A stretch of 64,000 nucleotides of DNA from positions 32,584 through 96,583 of IMG/VR virus record IMGVR_UViG_3300034683_000092; one strand, written 5' to 3'. The stretch is from a virus. Of the stretch, positions 27,475 to 40,100 are shown in pieces. Under the pieces are notes generated by a model that worked only from the letters and a program-made list of their open reading frames with translations, did not search any database and was not told the DNA's origin. How positions within the stretch are numbered: position 1 is the first letter of the stretch; every line of letters starts with the position of its first letter. The position numbers and the translations under genes are program-made.

Positions 27475-28341
27475 ATGAAACTAGAAAAAGCTAGTTATGA
27501 AATATGGGATGAGAAAATCCCATTATATGACCACATAGAAAGATGCGGTAGAATTTGCTACGCTAGTGAGCCTATTGGCGGAGAAAAAGCAATTGAGTTT
27601 TGCAATAGATTAATTAAGTCTGGTCATTTAAGCGTTTTAGAGCATGGTACAATTTATTTATCAATGAATTCTGAAACAGAAGAGAGTTTAAAATATGATG
27701 AAAATCCATATTCTGAATACTACGACAACGATGAGTTTGAGCTTGGGCAAGCGTGTATAGTGACTAATTTAAGAGTTCTTATTGAGAATAGATGGATGGA
27801 TGATTTGCAATATGCATGCGAGCCAACACCATATCATGATAAAAGGATAACAGTCAAATGGAATGTAAACAGAGCCATAGCAAATGAAATAGTAAGGCAC
27901 AGAAAATTTAGCTTTAGCCAGCAAAGTACTCGCTATTGCAATTTTTCCAAAGATAAATTTGGCAATGAGCTAACGTTTATTATCCCAAGTTGGATTGATG
28001 AGAATATAATAATCAAAGAGTTTGGTTCATTAAACGGGTTGTCATATCATAAAGACATCGATAGATTTCAGAAGTCAGAATGCGCAAATGAATCTAACTT
28101 TTTGCAAGGCATAGCATTTTCTGAAGCTAACTATTTGACTCTTCTTAAAAACGGATTAAAGCCAGAGCAAGCAAGAGATGTATTGCCTTTGGCTTTAAAA
28201 ACAGAGCTTGTGATGACTGGGTTTGCTCATGATTGGGCTGCATTCTTTAAATTAAGATGCGATAATCATGCGCATCCAGACGTTAGACAATTAGCGATTA
28301 AATTAAGAGATGACTTTTATAAAAAGGGGTATATAGTATGA
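27475..28341 (+). CDS. thyX: Flavin-dependent thymidylate synthase
   Basis: GHLSVLEH, signature RHRKFSFSQQSTRY, PEQARDVLP, FFKLR, AHP. Confidence 0.95.
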   Translation: MKLEKASYEIWDEKIPLYDHIERCGRICYASEPIGGEKAIEFCNRLIKSGHLSVLEHGTIYLSMNSETEESLKYDENPYSEYYDNDEFELGQACIVTNLRVLIENRWMDDLQYACEPTPYHDKRITVKWNVNRAIANEIVRHRKFSFSQQSTRYCNFSKDKFGNELTFIIPSWIDENIIIKEFGSLNGLSYHKDIDRFQKSECANESNFLQGIAFSEANYLTLLKNGLKPEQARDVLPLALKTELVMTGFAHDWAAFFKLRCDNHAHPDVRQLAIKLRDDFYKKGYIV

Positions 28342-28616
28342 CACCGAAAGAATTAATAAAAAAAAATTGTTTATCTAATATAGTTGTAGGTAAAAATCAA
28401 AAAGTTGTATACGCAGAGATCGCTCTTACAGCAATAGAAATGGCATTGAATGGCAACTCTAATTCAAATGTAAAATATATTCCATATCAAAAATGTCCTA
28501 TATGCCAAGGGAAAGGAACCGTTCAAGAGTTTAATGGTAGTGCTATAAATTTAATTCCATGTAGAAAATGCAATGGATTAATGGTTATACCTATGTTTGA
28601 AATAAAACAAAAATAG
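28338..28616 (+). CDS. DnaJ-type zinc-finger small protein
   Basis: CPICQGKG and CRKCNG. Confidence 0.7.
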   Translation: MTPKELIKKNCLSNIVVGKNQKVVYAEIALTAIEMALNGNSNSNVKYIPYQKCPICQGKGTVQEFNGSAINLIPCRKCNGLMVIPMFEIKQK

Positions 28617-28630
28617 TTTAAAATATAATT

Positions 28631-29023
28631 ATGACACCAAAAGAATTAATGAACGAGAAAAGGCTTAGTGTCTTAGAAGAAGCAGCTAAAATGAATACTC
28701 ATATTCATTATATAGATGAAGTTTATCCATCTGAAATAAAAGATATAGTATCTGATATGGAGCAATCTTTTATTGATGGAGCGCAATGGCAAAGAGAGAT
28801 GTCTTGGAAGGATATTGAAAAATCAGGTTATCCTCCATTTGATAAAAACTGCGAGATTTATAAACGAGAAAAGTATTTAGTAAGAGTTTCGGCTGGATCA
28901 ATAGACCGTAAAGTTTACTATACAGTCAGTTTTCTAATTAACAAATGCAGATTTTCAGTAGAAGGTGACTGGGTACAAGTAACTCATTGGATGCCAATAC
29001 CTGAGTTTAATATAAAAACATAA
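28631..29023 (+). CDS. DUF551-like protein
   Basis: FIDGAQW...W and terminal VTHWMPIP. Confidence 0.7.
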   Translation: MTPKELMNEKRLSVLEEAAKMNTHIHYIDEVYPSEIKDIVSDMEQSFIDGAQWQREMSWKDIEKSGYPPFDKNCEIYKREKYLVRVSAGSIDRKVYYTVSFLINKCRFSVEGDWVQVTHWMPIPEFNIKT

Positions 29024-29025
29024 TA

Positions 29026-29601
29026 ATGATTGACAATTTTGAATTAATCAGTGAATTAATTAAAATAAATAAAGAAAAAGACTGCTTTTTTCATTTGCAG
29101 ATAATCAGGCGTGGCAAAGACCACCCTGATTTGCCCGCTGCAAATAGAACTATAATGCAGTATTTTATAGAAGATGAGATACATTTATCTAAACGAAAAG
29201 ATGAAATTATCTCTTTATGTGAATCGTTCAAAGCTAGAGCTTATATAAATCTAGCTCCTAAAAGCTCTATTAGATTAGCTCAATTAGCCAATTGCGAGCT
29301 TTCTAAGCGTATATTCGATAACGACTATAAGAAAGTACACAAGATATTCAATACTGCCGCAGGGAAGCTTAAAAGCAAGAATCCAATGTGGGTTATTGAT
29401 GTTGATGATCCTAATTTGCTAAATGTAATATTAGGGTACTTTGCCAATAATAATATAGATATAAAAGCTATCGTTCCAACTAAAAGCGCTGGTCATATAA
29501 TATCAAAACCATTTAGGCTAGATCATTTTATGAAGGAGTTCTCTTATATATCTGTGCACAAGAATAACCCAACTATTTTATTTATACCAAACAGTATATA
29601 A
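29026..29601 (+). CDS. Conserved phage protein, possibly AEP/primase-like fold
   Basis: RRGKD, RAYI, WVIDVDD, PTKSAGHII; fold assignment is inference. Confidence 0.55.
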   Translation: MIDNFELISELIKINKEKDCFFHLQIIRRGKDHPDLPAANRTIMQYFIEDEIHLSKRKDEIISLCESFKARAYINLAPKSSIRLAQLANCELSKRIFDNDYKKVHKIFNTAAGKLKSKNPMWVIDVDDPNLLNVILGYFANNNIDIKAIVPTKSAGHIISKPFRLDHFMKEFSYISVHKNNPTILFIPNSI

Positions 29602-29603
29602 TT

Positions 29604-30308
29604 ATGGAAGAGATTATTAAAATTTGTGCGTTTAGCGATTTCCATGGAGATTTACCTAATATAGAACCATGCGATTTAGTTATTATAGCTGGTGATATTA
29701 TACCGTTTAATATACAGCATAAGAACAATGATTCAAATGAATGGATTAGAACAGTGTTTACGGATTGGTGTAATAGCATCGACTGTAAATATATAGTTGC
29801 TATACCTGGCAATCACGATAGATGGGCTGAGGGTATTACTAAGACTAAAATGAATAAGTTATTAAGTGGAATAAGCAATATATATATGCTTAGAAATGAA
29901 TTCTTAGAGTTAGACGTTTTAGATTCAGGTCATGATTTGAAGATTTTTGGGACTCCATATTGCGCTAGGTACGGCAATTGGCCTTTTATGAGAGAAGATA
30001 AAGTGCTTAAAAAGAAGTTCGCAGAAATACCAGATGGATTAGATATTTTGATAACGCATGACCCTCCAAATGGATTAAGCGATTGTGATTATTCAAAATA
30101 CGACGGTCAACATTTGGGGTCTGTAGCTTTAACTGATAGAATAGAAGACCTAGACAAGTTTGGTAAAAAGCCACGGCTTATTATTTGCGGACATATACAC
30201 GAAGGGTCTAGAAAATTTGAGAATGGCATAATTAATGTAGCTATGTTGAATAGACATTGCAATGCTATAATAAATAATCCGAAATATATGTATTTTGTGT
30301 ATGGATAA
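29604..30308 (+). CDS. Calcineurin-like metallophosphoesterase (second, different subfamily)
   Basis: SDFHG, AGD, PGNHD, THDPP, CGHIHE. Confidence 0.9.
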   Translation: MEEIIKICAFSDFHGDLPNIEPCDLVIIAGDIIPFNIQHKNNDSNEWIRTVFTDWCNSIDCKYIVAIPGNHDRWAEGITKTKMNKLLSGISNIYMLRNEFLELDVLDSGHDLKIFGTPYCARYGNWPFMREDKVLKKKFAEIPDGLDILITHDPPNGLSDCDYSKYDGQHLGSVALTDRIEDLDKFGKKPRLIICGHIHEGSRKFENGIINVAMLNRHCNAIINNPKYMYFVYG

Positions 30309-30588
30309 AGGTGTATTTTTAAATGTGTATAAACCAGCAATATCGCCAATAGAAGGTAGTGTTGCTGGGATTGACGTAGTATTAGATAAATATATACTGT
30401 CAGAAAAAGACCAGCAAGCTTATTCTGTTTATTTTAATGACAATAGAATATGGACTGTATATTATGACGCTGTAGGTGAGTTGTATATTATGGCTGGTAA
30501 AATGAACGGTGTTGGAGTTGTTGGCTATATAGTGACTGAAAATCTGTATTCTCGTATAGAAAGAAATAAGTTAATATTTAAAATTTAA
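30295..30588 (+). CDS. Hypothetical protein
   Basis: 97-aa ORF. Confidence 0.65.
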   Translation: MCMDKGVFLNVYKPAISPIEGSVAGIDVVLDKYILSEKDQQAYSVYFNDNRIWTVYYDAVGELYIMAGKMNGVGVVGYIVTENLYSRIERNKLIFKI

Positions 30589-30591
30589 AAA

Positions 30592-31119
30592 ATGAAATTA
30601 GGAACAAAGAGTTTATTGTTTGGTGCTCACTGCTTTTTTGTGCATCCTGTCTGCGTGTTAATTGCATGGATTAAAATCTATGGCTTCCCTTTTGATCCAA
30701 GAATATGGATTGCTATATTAGTTCATGATTGGGGCTATTGGGGAAAGCCAGATATGGATGGCTTGTTAGGTAAGATGCATCCATATTTGGGTGCTAAAAT
30801 AATGAGATTCTTATTTGGAGAGAAGTGGTATTGGTTTACATTACTACATTCTAGGTTTATGGCTAGAGAATATGATTTAGAAGTTTCTAAATTGTGCTAT
30901 GCAGACAAGCTTTCTATAAAATATGAATTAAAATGGTTTTACTCGTTAAGAGTTAAGTTATCAGGTGAGTATTTAGAGTATTTTGAACTGATGAGAAGCT
31001 ATAGACGTCAGTCAGATAAATGGCTTGCATCATTTAAAAAGAGGCAAAACGCTCTATCAGAATGGTTTGACTGGGCTAAAGGCCACATGATCTCATTTGT
31101 TGAAGACAAACATAAATAA
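30592..31119 (+). CDS. HD-domain-like protein
   Basis: H...HDWG...H...HSR...ADK spacing matches the HD fold. Confidence 0.6.
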   Translation: MKLGTKSLLFGAHCFFVHPVCVLIAWIKIYGFPFDPRIWIAILVHDWGYWGKPDMDGLLGKMHPYLGAKIMRFLFGEKWYWFTLLHSRFMAREYDLEVSKLCYADKLSIKYELKWFYSLRVKLSGEYLEYFELMRSYRRQSDKWLASFKKRQNALSEWFDWAKGHMISFVEDKHK

Positions 31120-31120
31120 C

Positions 31121-31157
31121 AAAAAAAAGAGGGACTACGTATTGTAATCCCTCTTTT
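31121..31157. terminator. Bidirectional intrinsic terminator between the convergent genome arms
   Basis: A8-GAGGGA.TAC...GTA.TCCCTC-T4, between the last + gene and the last - gene. Confidence 0.8.
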
Positions 31158-31173
31158 ATCCTGTTTTTTGCCT

Positions 31174-34100
31174 CTATCGGAATAATCCAGTTAAATCAGA
31201 CAATTGAGTATCGTCATCAATAAATCCAGACTTTTCTAATTTAGATGCAAAGTCATAATAGCTTGACATATATGGTATTGATTTTCTAAACTCAACCCAT
31301 CCTCTTAAATCACCTCTTTGAGTGTATGCATCCTGCCCATTGTTGATCGCTATATCAACACCAGCAACAAACATTTTTGATGCAGCCTCTAACGATTTAT
31401 AGGCTCTCGTAACAGCTACTGGTTCTAAGAACGACTTACCTGTATTGAGAATATCAACTGGGTTGTATTGCTGAGAAACGTTCATCATCATATATGTATA
31501 CCACCATTTTTTCATGGTATCATCATCATCGTTATCTTTGAACATAAATCCATAGATAGCATAAGCCATGAAGAAAGACATAGTAGTATTCATAAAATGA
31601 ACCAAGCTAACTTTTTCCTCATCAGAAAGAGACTCCCATCTTTTAATCATTGGTCTATATCCTTCAGTTGAAAACATGGCTATTGATTTTGCTGTTCCTC
31701 CAAAGAAGTCTAGCATTAATGGGAATAGTATTCTTAATTTTCCATTAACACCTTTTCTAGGAGTCCACTTTAAAATAGGAGTGCCATCTTTCTCTAAGCC
31801 AACTTGCTCGTATTCACCAAGAGTTATATCGTTATGTTTTGATTGAATCAAATTCATTATGATTCTAGGGAAATACTTCTTTAAAGATATTGCAAATTGT
31901 CCAAAAGCAGTCATCTCCATACCAGACATTTCTTCATTCTTATAACCACCTTGAGTTCTTTCATGTATACGTCTGATACGACCTATCTCCATTGGAGTTA
32001 AGTCTTTCACTTCTTCTCTATTACCATTAGAATCATAGGTAACACCTCTAAGCGGGCCGTCATAAACAAGCTGTCCATCAACTATCTTATATGCATCCCA
32101 CATTGATCTCCCATCTTCTAACTTCATGTTTTTAAGAACACTAGCAACGGTCGTCATGCTAATAGACATCTCTCCAAATGAATGCAATCCCATCATAAAT
32201 TCTCCAGCAGAAGTTCTTTCTCTTAGCGCCATTGTTTGACGATCTCTCCAACCTCTTACTTCTCCATCATGCATACCAAGTAAATCCATGAATAGCCATA
32301 ATTTCTCGTTCTCTAGCTTTCCACCAGACATTACTCTACCAGACATAGCTGTAAACTCTTTCCATGCAGCAAGGACTGTAGAAGCTTTATAGTCAGTCAT
32401 TTTAACGCCTAAAAACTTAGTAGCCCAAGAATAACTTAAGGCGCTTAAGAAAGTCGTCAAATGCCCTACTATAGCATTACCAGCAGCACCAAATGGTCTA
32501 GCCCACATAATAGTAGCCGAACTCCATCTGTTTAGCTTACGCATCGTCTGTTCTGGAGATAGAAATATTTGCTGTCCAGTAACAGGGTGAGTTCCTAGTG
32601 CTATCTTTGTTTCACCCATTATACCTTGAGACTTATTCACACGTCTTATGACTCTATTTGAGAATCTCTCTATTAATGAAATATCGCTTTTAAACTTACC
32701 ATGCAAAGAATGTATCCCACTTTCTCCAAGAGCTAACATCTCTTGTCTTACAGCTTGTGCGTAAGAATAAACATCGTCCATCTCTCGCTTATACTCTGAC
32801 CATTCAACGAATTGTCCTAGAGAATCAGCTAGATTCATAGAGTAAAACCTCTTACTATTAATAGATGTATTGCCTAAATATTTCAATGGTATTGCAATAT
32901 CGTCGTTGTCATATTCATCAAATAAGTTTTCATCATGAAAAGACATGCTTTCTAGTATTTCTCTCTTTATATTTGTAGCAGAGAAACGCCCAACCAATGA
33001 ATTTCCATTACCATACTTTTTATGTAAGTCAATATTTCTAGCCCTTGTTTTAGGGAAGAATCCTTTATAATACACAAACTTCTCACTTGTAGATAATGCA
33101 TTTCTGACCTCTAAATTACTATATGCCTTACCATTTGGTGTAGTAACAGCAACCTGATTAGCCAAAGCGTCATTGCCTATAAAATATGAATCCATAATAG
33201 ACACATATTCTTTTATAAAAGCTTTCTGTACATCACTCAATGAATTCCACTCGTCATCTGTTTCTAATATAAGCCTTTGAACTAGACCAATATTTGGTAT
33301 TTCTGCCTCTTTAAGAAGTTGTTCATACATCCCAGTATAATCTGCTTCAACCATTTCTGATATAGACCTCTTACTTATGTATTCTTTTCTAAGGTCATCA
33401 GTTAGCTTCTTTATATTTGAAAGCTTTTTCATCGTAGCTTTTCTAAAGGTCTCTTTAGCTATAGTGTACATCTTTACGATGTTTTGTATAACTGGATTCT
33501 TAGAGTCTTTTATATTACCTAAGAAAGATGAAACAATACCAGTGTCTTCTGATGCCGCAATATTTAATGCTACGCCGTCAAAGTCTGTATCAAACTTGTG
33601 TTTCTCCCTTAATAGTTCTGATATTAAAGACCTAACACGCATTAATTCAGAAGGATTATTAGCAACCTCTGGAAGTTTTAGCCGTTGTTCTAATATACTA
33701 ATAGATCTGTTTATTTCCTTTAGTGTTCTACGCCCTGATTTACCAGACAGAATAGCATCTTCGGCCTTATAGTTACTTGAATGAGAATAGTGCCCAGTAT
33801 TAAATACATCCTTTGATTTCTCAATCATTTTAGCATGTACGTCAAGTGGCAATCCAAGTTCTTCAAGAACCTCCTTGTCTTTTAAAAGCTGTTCTACCAT
33901 AGGGATGAAAGCTTCTACTTCAACAGATGTATTAGGATTATTTACAACAGCAGAATACTCATTAGCTGCATATGCCACTTTTAAATCCCTAAAACGAATT
34001 GTTGGGTTCTCAAGTTTCATTATAACAGCATAAAAAGCCAACTGCAACTTAGCTTTATCTAAAGGAGAGTTTGTAATAGTTTTTATCTGATCCCCATGAT

Positions 34101-37100
34101 TCATGATAAATGTACCGATTTTATCAGCCATATTATTACCTGTCTTGAAATCATATATAGATACAAAATTACCTATTACGTTTCCATCTGAATCAGAATA
34201 TGTATCAGCATGCTCAACCATTAAATCGACTGAACCAGCATAACCAAGAAGGTCGCTTTTAATATGAACTTCAGGAACTGGTTTATCTCTTAAATCATCT
34301 GGTATTGAATCAGAAAAGAAGTTTATTCCTAATGCTTTATAGATTTTATCTATCTTTTCTAAAAACCAATTGTATCTAGTTGAATCAACAGCAGTAGAAG
34401 CTTCGACATCTCTTATTTTAGATCTAATCTCAGCACGTTCTTCTTCGGATGTAGCTAGAGCGTATTCATTCATTAAGTGTAATATAAGTCCCTTACCACG
34501 GCTCTTATTTAAAACAGTGTCTACCTCCTTAATATAATCTTCAAATGTGACAGGCTTATTGCTAATATCACTAAGGAGCGTTATACTTCTAGGGTTATCG
34601 CCCCATAAAGCTTCTGCTTTGCTCTCAGCATAAGTTTTTTCGTGCTCTTTAAAAAATGGGTTAGCTGATGTCATTAAAGACTTAGGCCCGTAAGTAACAC
34701 GTCTATACCTATCACCGCTTGATTTATCTATATAAAACTCGGTCTGTTCATCTCTTCCATCTACTTCTTTCATCTCAACAGATACTGAGTCTCCCTCTTT
34801 GAATATATTTTGAGAGCTGTTAGAGAATTCATCTATTCTATATCCGCCAGCAAATATTCTACTTGAAGAATCAGCCATTGGCAGAGGTACAAATTCTGCT
34901 TTTTCTAGATTGTAGCTTTCGTACTCAGAAGTTCCTTCTATAATATTAAATGATGCATTCATCGCATTATCTAAAACAGACTTAGGCTTAACGCCAAACA
35001 TCCTTTTTATAAAATTAACAACCTTACTAAATAAGCTTTCTCTCTTTAAAGCCTTTTGAAACTCACTGTTTGATAACGTCTCTGAAACAAACTCATGCAA
35101 GTTTTCAAATGCATAGGCATCTCCAACTTTGTTTTTAGCCTCTTCAAATGCCTTTCTAAGCTCGTCTAAGGTCTTTTTGTCAGCTTCTGATAATAATCCC
35201 TTCTTCTCTAATTGCAACATCTTCTGTAGCCTCTTATACGATGCAGCATGTATAAGCTCATGCATGAATATCTCAGAGAATAGCTTCTGATTGTAAATTA
35301 CTGATTTATCTTTATTTATAAGAATAACATCATTTGTCGAATCATAGAAGGCAATATGGTCTTCTCCATTTGTAATATCACGCATTTCTTCAGAAGACAC
35401 AAATCTGACATTTGGATTTAAAGATATATCATTAGTAAGCCTTTTTACAATAGCTTTTTGAGCTTCTGTGCCAACGGATAATATGTCTTTTACTATAATA
35501 GATGATTTAAACGCTTTTCCTACGTACTTAGCGTAATATCTAAATCCATTAAGCAACGCGTCTACAAACTCTGGCTCTACTTCTGAGTCACTAACAAAAG
35601 GCGCTCCATCTACTTTCTCTACTTTAACAACTCCATTCGCTGCTGACTTAACGACAACTGGCACAGCCTTTTCTCTTGTTGAATCTTTATAATCAACTAA
35701 TACGAATATAGAGTTTTTATTTGTCTTCGCCGTTTCTATGCCGTTTATTTCAAATTGACTAACATTAAAGCTTGACTTTGACGTATCATCAACAGATATT
35801 GCTTTTACATTTGGTGAAAACAATGGACTGCCAACAATAGAGTATTTAGTATCAAGCATTCTAGTATCAAAATTATATATCTTACTACCTTTTGACGTAC
35901 CAGCTTTTTGATAATATGTATAACCATTAGCCTCTGCCGATTTAACGTATATAGAATCAGTTCTATTGGATGATCTCTTTATTAGAGTAGGGAGACCTGT
36001 CTCTGATTCGTCAGCAGGAGTGTTAAACTTAATATCATAATTTATTGGATCTCCATTAATTGCGTCTGTGCCATTAAATAATCCTCCTTTTTTAACTGGA
36101 GCCATCTCTTTTTTAAGACTTCTAACAGATGACGGGTTGTTAATAGCGAACTCTAATATAAATCTATCTCTAATATTAGTAAGATTTTCATTAGATATAT
36201 TAGAGATAACAGATTCAAAACCATCACTTAGAGATTTATATAAATCAGACGGCAATGCTAAAGAGTAGTTGGTAGCACCAAATGACATTCCAAATGTATT
36301 AACTCCATATCTAACAAAGTCTTTTTGGAATTCTGTATATCTATCAGAAAAGTCGGTTCGTTTAATAACTTTAAATTCCCCATTTTCATCTTCTACTACT
36401 TCTAGCTGACCAAGTATTTCAAATGTGTATTGCAACTCTTGAATGTCTTCTACTTTAAACTCTGGAGACCCTGGCATTCTAATTTCTTTTGTGCCGTCTC
36501 GTTTTGTCGATGTAGTTAACTCATTCATAAATCTAACATGCGTTTTGCCATTCTCTTCAAGCCATTGTGATACGGCTGTAACCTTGTCTACAAAATGATT
36601 ATTAAATGCGTCTTTGCCAGTTAGATTCCTTTTAACAGTATGTTTTTTACCGTTTTTTCTATAAGTAACAGTTACTGGGTATGGCTTTATGCTATTATAT
36701 CCTTCAAACTTAGAATCCCATTGTACGCCATTTATTAAATATTGTACGAGTTCTTCACGCATAAGATGATTAGTCTTTGAATCAGATTTTAAATCTAATA
36801 AGTTAGACTTTAATACTGAATCCACAAAGGCTTTCACAATCTTACTATGCTTAAAGAATACGCTCTCGTTTATAGTATTTGCATCAGTTAAAGCACCAAG
36901 CGATTGCTCTAAGTGTGGCAGAGATGATAGTATGTTATCTATCTTATAAGGAAATGATTTTTTTGTAACTAAAACCCCTTCCTCGTTAGAGGATAGTACC
37001 TCGTTGACTGTATCTATAACATCCTCTATTAACATCTGGTTGCTTGGAAGACTCTTTAACGTACTTAACATCTTTGAGAACAATGAGAGGCTATCACCCA

Positions 37101-40100
37101 TATGTCTAAATGTTCTAAATAGATTAAGAACAGCAGCCTGCTCAGTGATAAACTCTATTTCCTTAGCAGAAAGAATGTCTTTAGATAGAAGAGATCTTAA
37201 TGAATCCATATTATCTAAAGCTAAAATCCCATTTGTTAAGAAGTTAGAATCAAATGTGTCAAAAGTAACATCTGAAAACTTCTTATTAGCACCAGCTTTG
37301 TCTAATAAAGCATTCATTATAAATACAGCCTCATTATAGCCAGCATCTCTTGATATGCCTTTTGTGTCAGCAATGATTTTAATAATCGGTTGAGACATCA
37401 TATTGAAAGCAAAATCCTCACTTAATCCATTAACTGATAACATTGCTAGCAATGAAGGAATAGTATTCTCATTCAGATTTAAATAAGGCAATATCTGCTC
37501 TTTAACGTTATCAATAGCTGCATTTATCAAAGAGTCGGCTATTTCAAATTTAACTGGCTCGCTTGTTAATGTATCGTATTTAACTCCGTCTATATTTAAT
37601 TGCACATAGTTATCTGCTAATTCAATCTTTGGCGAGGAATGGTTTTCTCCAGCTCTTGATAAATAAGACAAAGATTTCATTCCAAGAGCAAATATGCCAG
37701 TACCTAAAACGCCATTAAATGAACTCTGATGGACTTTAAATTTATCAAGGATACTTGACAGGTCTAAGTCGTCAGAGGCTGATTTAACTCCTCTAATAGC
37801 GTTTATTCTATTTATCTGATCTCTAAGATTAGACATAGAAATAGGAGTCATCATTCTCTTTAGATTGTTTTCATCAGAGAAAGCTTCTAGCATTCCTTCA
37901 ATAACAATGTTTTTATAATGCTTAATAGCGTCTTCGTAGTCTAATTCGCTGATTTGTTCTTCAGATAATTCATTAAACTCAAACACGCCAGCTTCTTCAT
38001 TATATGTATAATCTACTGTGTTGCCGTCTTCGTCACGTATTGGGTCTCTAAATAAAACAAACAACGAGTCTACGTCGAAGTCGCTACCGTGTAACTCTAC
38101 TACATCTTTTGGTACTATAACACCATTGCCTTTGTTTTCATGGAAGCCAACTATATTAAGTACTACAGCGGAGTGCATCTCAGATGACGGAATACGAAGC
38201 CCTAATGCGTCCCCATTAGCAAATAGTAATCTTGCTGGTTTACCATTTGCTATATCCGACTCCATCTGTTCAAAAGCTTCTTTACCAATCATCTTTTTAG
38301 CAGCAGACCTAGAAATCATTGCGTCTGCAACAATGGTGTTTTTCCCAGCAACAGTAAAGCTATTATAAGACAGCTCTTTGCCATCTGGTCTCTTTATGCC
38401 GACAGCAGCTTGCAAAACCAGCTTACCACCATTAAACTTAATACCAACAGTATTCCTTGTTATATAAGAAGACATTTGGCTTATACTCTTTTGAACAATA
38501 GCAGGGAAGTTTATTGATATACCATTTTTAAGCATATCGTAAATATTATCATCAGTGCCGCCTTCTAGCTTAGTTTGAATGACTTCTTTCGCTTTTGTTT
38601 TATCAATATTACCATTTGATACCAGTTCAGACAAAACCTTTTTACGGCCTTCTAATATTAAATTAGCAGTTGCATTATAAACCTTAACAGCACGTTCGAC
38701 ATTATGTCCAAGGATATTTAAGAAATAAACAAGCTGCGATGGATAAGCAACAATATTATCTTCTACATCATGCATTGGATTTAACTGCATTCTATAATGA
38801 GCGTTGTCTATCATTACAGATGCCTTGTTGTTAGCTGCTTCAACGTCACCAGATGTAGCTTCTTCAAATGTAATCATGTCACCTTTAGGTATACCAGTCT
38901 TCATTGCTGATTCAAATACGGCTTCTCTATACCCATTAGCGTTCATCATGTCTCTAAGATTAGACAACTCTTTAGACCCCTCACATAATTTATCTGTTAA
39001 TACAACCCATGAGTATTTCACAGATCGTGGTATTCCATCTTTATCTACTGAGAAATAAACTGGTTTACCAATAATGCCAAGATTATAAGATTCTCCAAGA
39101 CCAAATTTAATTTGTTCATATCTTTCTGGAGTAATAAACCCCATACCATCTGCATAGTCGATTGTACCATCTGAGTATTTTTCTAATATTTCTTTTTTAA
39201 TGTTATCCCATGATTCTTTATCTTCTTTATCTAAATGTGGCTTTATTAGTCTATCAAGACGCTGCATTCTGTATTCGTCACCAAATTTAACATCCTGCAT
39301 AACAAGCACTTTAGACTCTTTCTCAACACGATTATCATTCATGTTTAAAGATGTACCAGGCGCATAAACAAGCGACATACGCTTTGTTTCCTTAATAGCA
39401 TTGCCGTAATAGTTATGATTACCTGTAGCTAGCTGAGTCACTGAATAAGAATTAACATAGTGATTCATAACAAACAACTTTACCAATGGCAATAAGACTT
39501 CTTTTCTATTGTTGCCTATATCAGCCTTTGTCTGTCTAAGTTTACCTTTGTTGTTTATATGCATTTGACCAAGCTCCTTGCTAGAGAACTCAACGCCTGT
39601 AAACCGTTTTGTTATTTTAATAAAGTCTTCATCTAATGAGATTCCATCCTCAATCATCTTTGAAGCTAAAGAGTCTGCCATCTTATCAAAGAAGTCATTA
39701 ATTGCTTTGTCAAACCTATCTTTATTCTTAGTATTTTTCAAAGCTTCTTTAAGGCTATTTGTATTATTAGCAATGTCATTTCTAAGTATAGATTTATACT
39801 CCTCTCCAAAAACTGCTTTTAGGGCTTCTTCTAAAGCCTTCATGTTTACAAATGAATCTACCTTGAACCCTTTTATAGAAGACTCGTGAGCTAAATTCTG
39901 ACTTAAATACTGCTCGTATAAAGCAGGGAATATTCTACCTATAATCCATGGTTCTGGCTTCATCGCTACTTGCGCAGCTTCTGTGTCTGGTCTGTTTGAT
40001 TTTACATAAATAAACTGCCAATACTTAGGTTCATTTGGGTATCTTCTTAATTGATCGATAAAACCAGCTTGAAATTCACGAGCAATAAACGTTTCAAAAG

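Noticed and set aside
1332-30349. Minus-strand ORFs in the left arm (e.g. 1332, 3351, 7406, 10885, 12461, 14001, 22085, 24954) and off-frame + ORFs 10208 and 18322
   Set aside because: Shadows of well-supported + strand genes or the tRNA-like element; no motifs.
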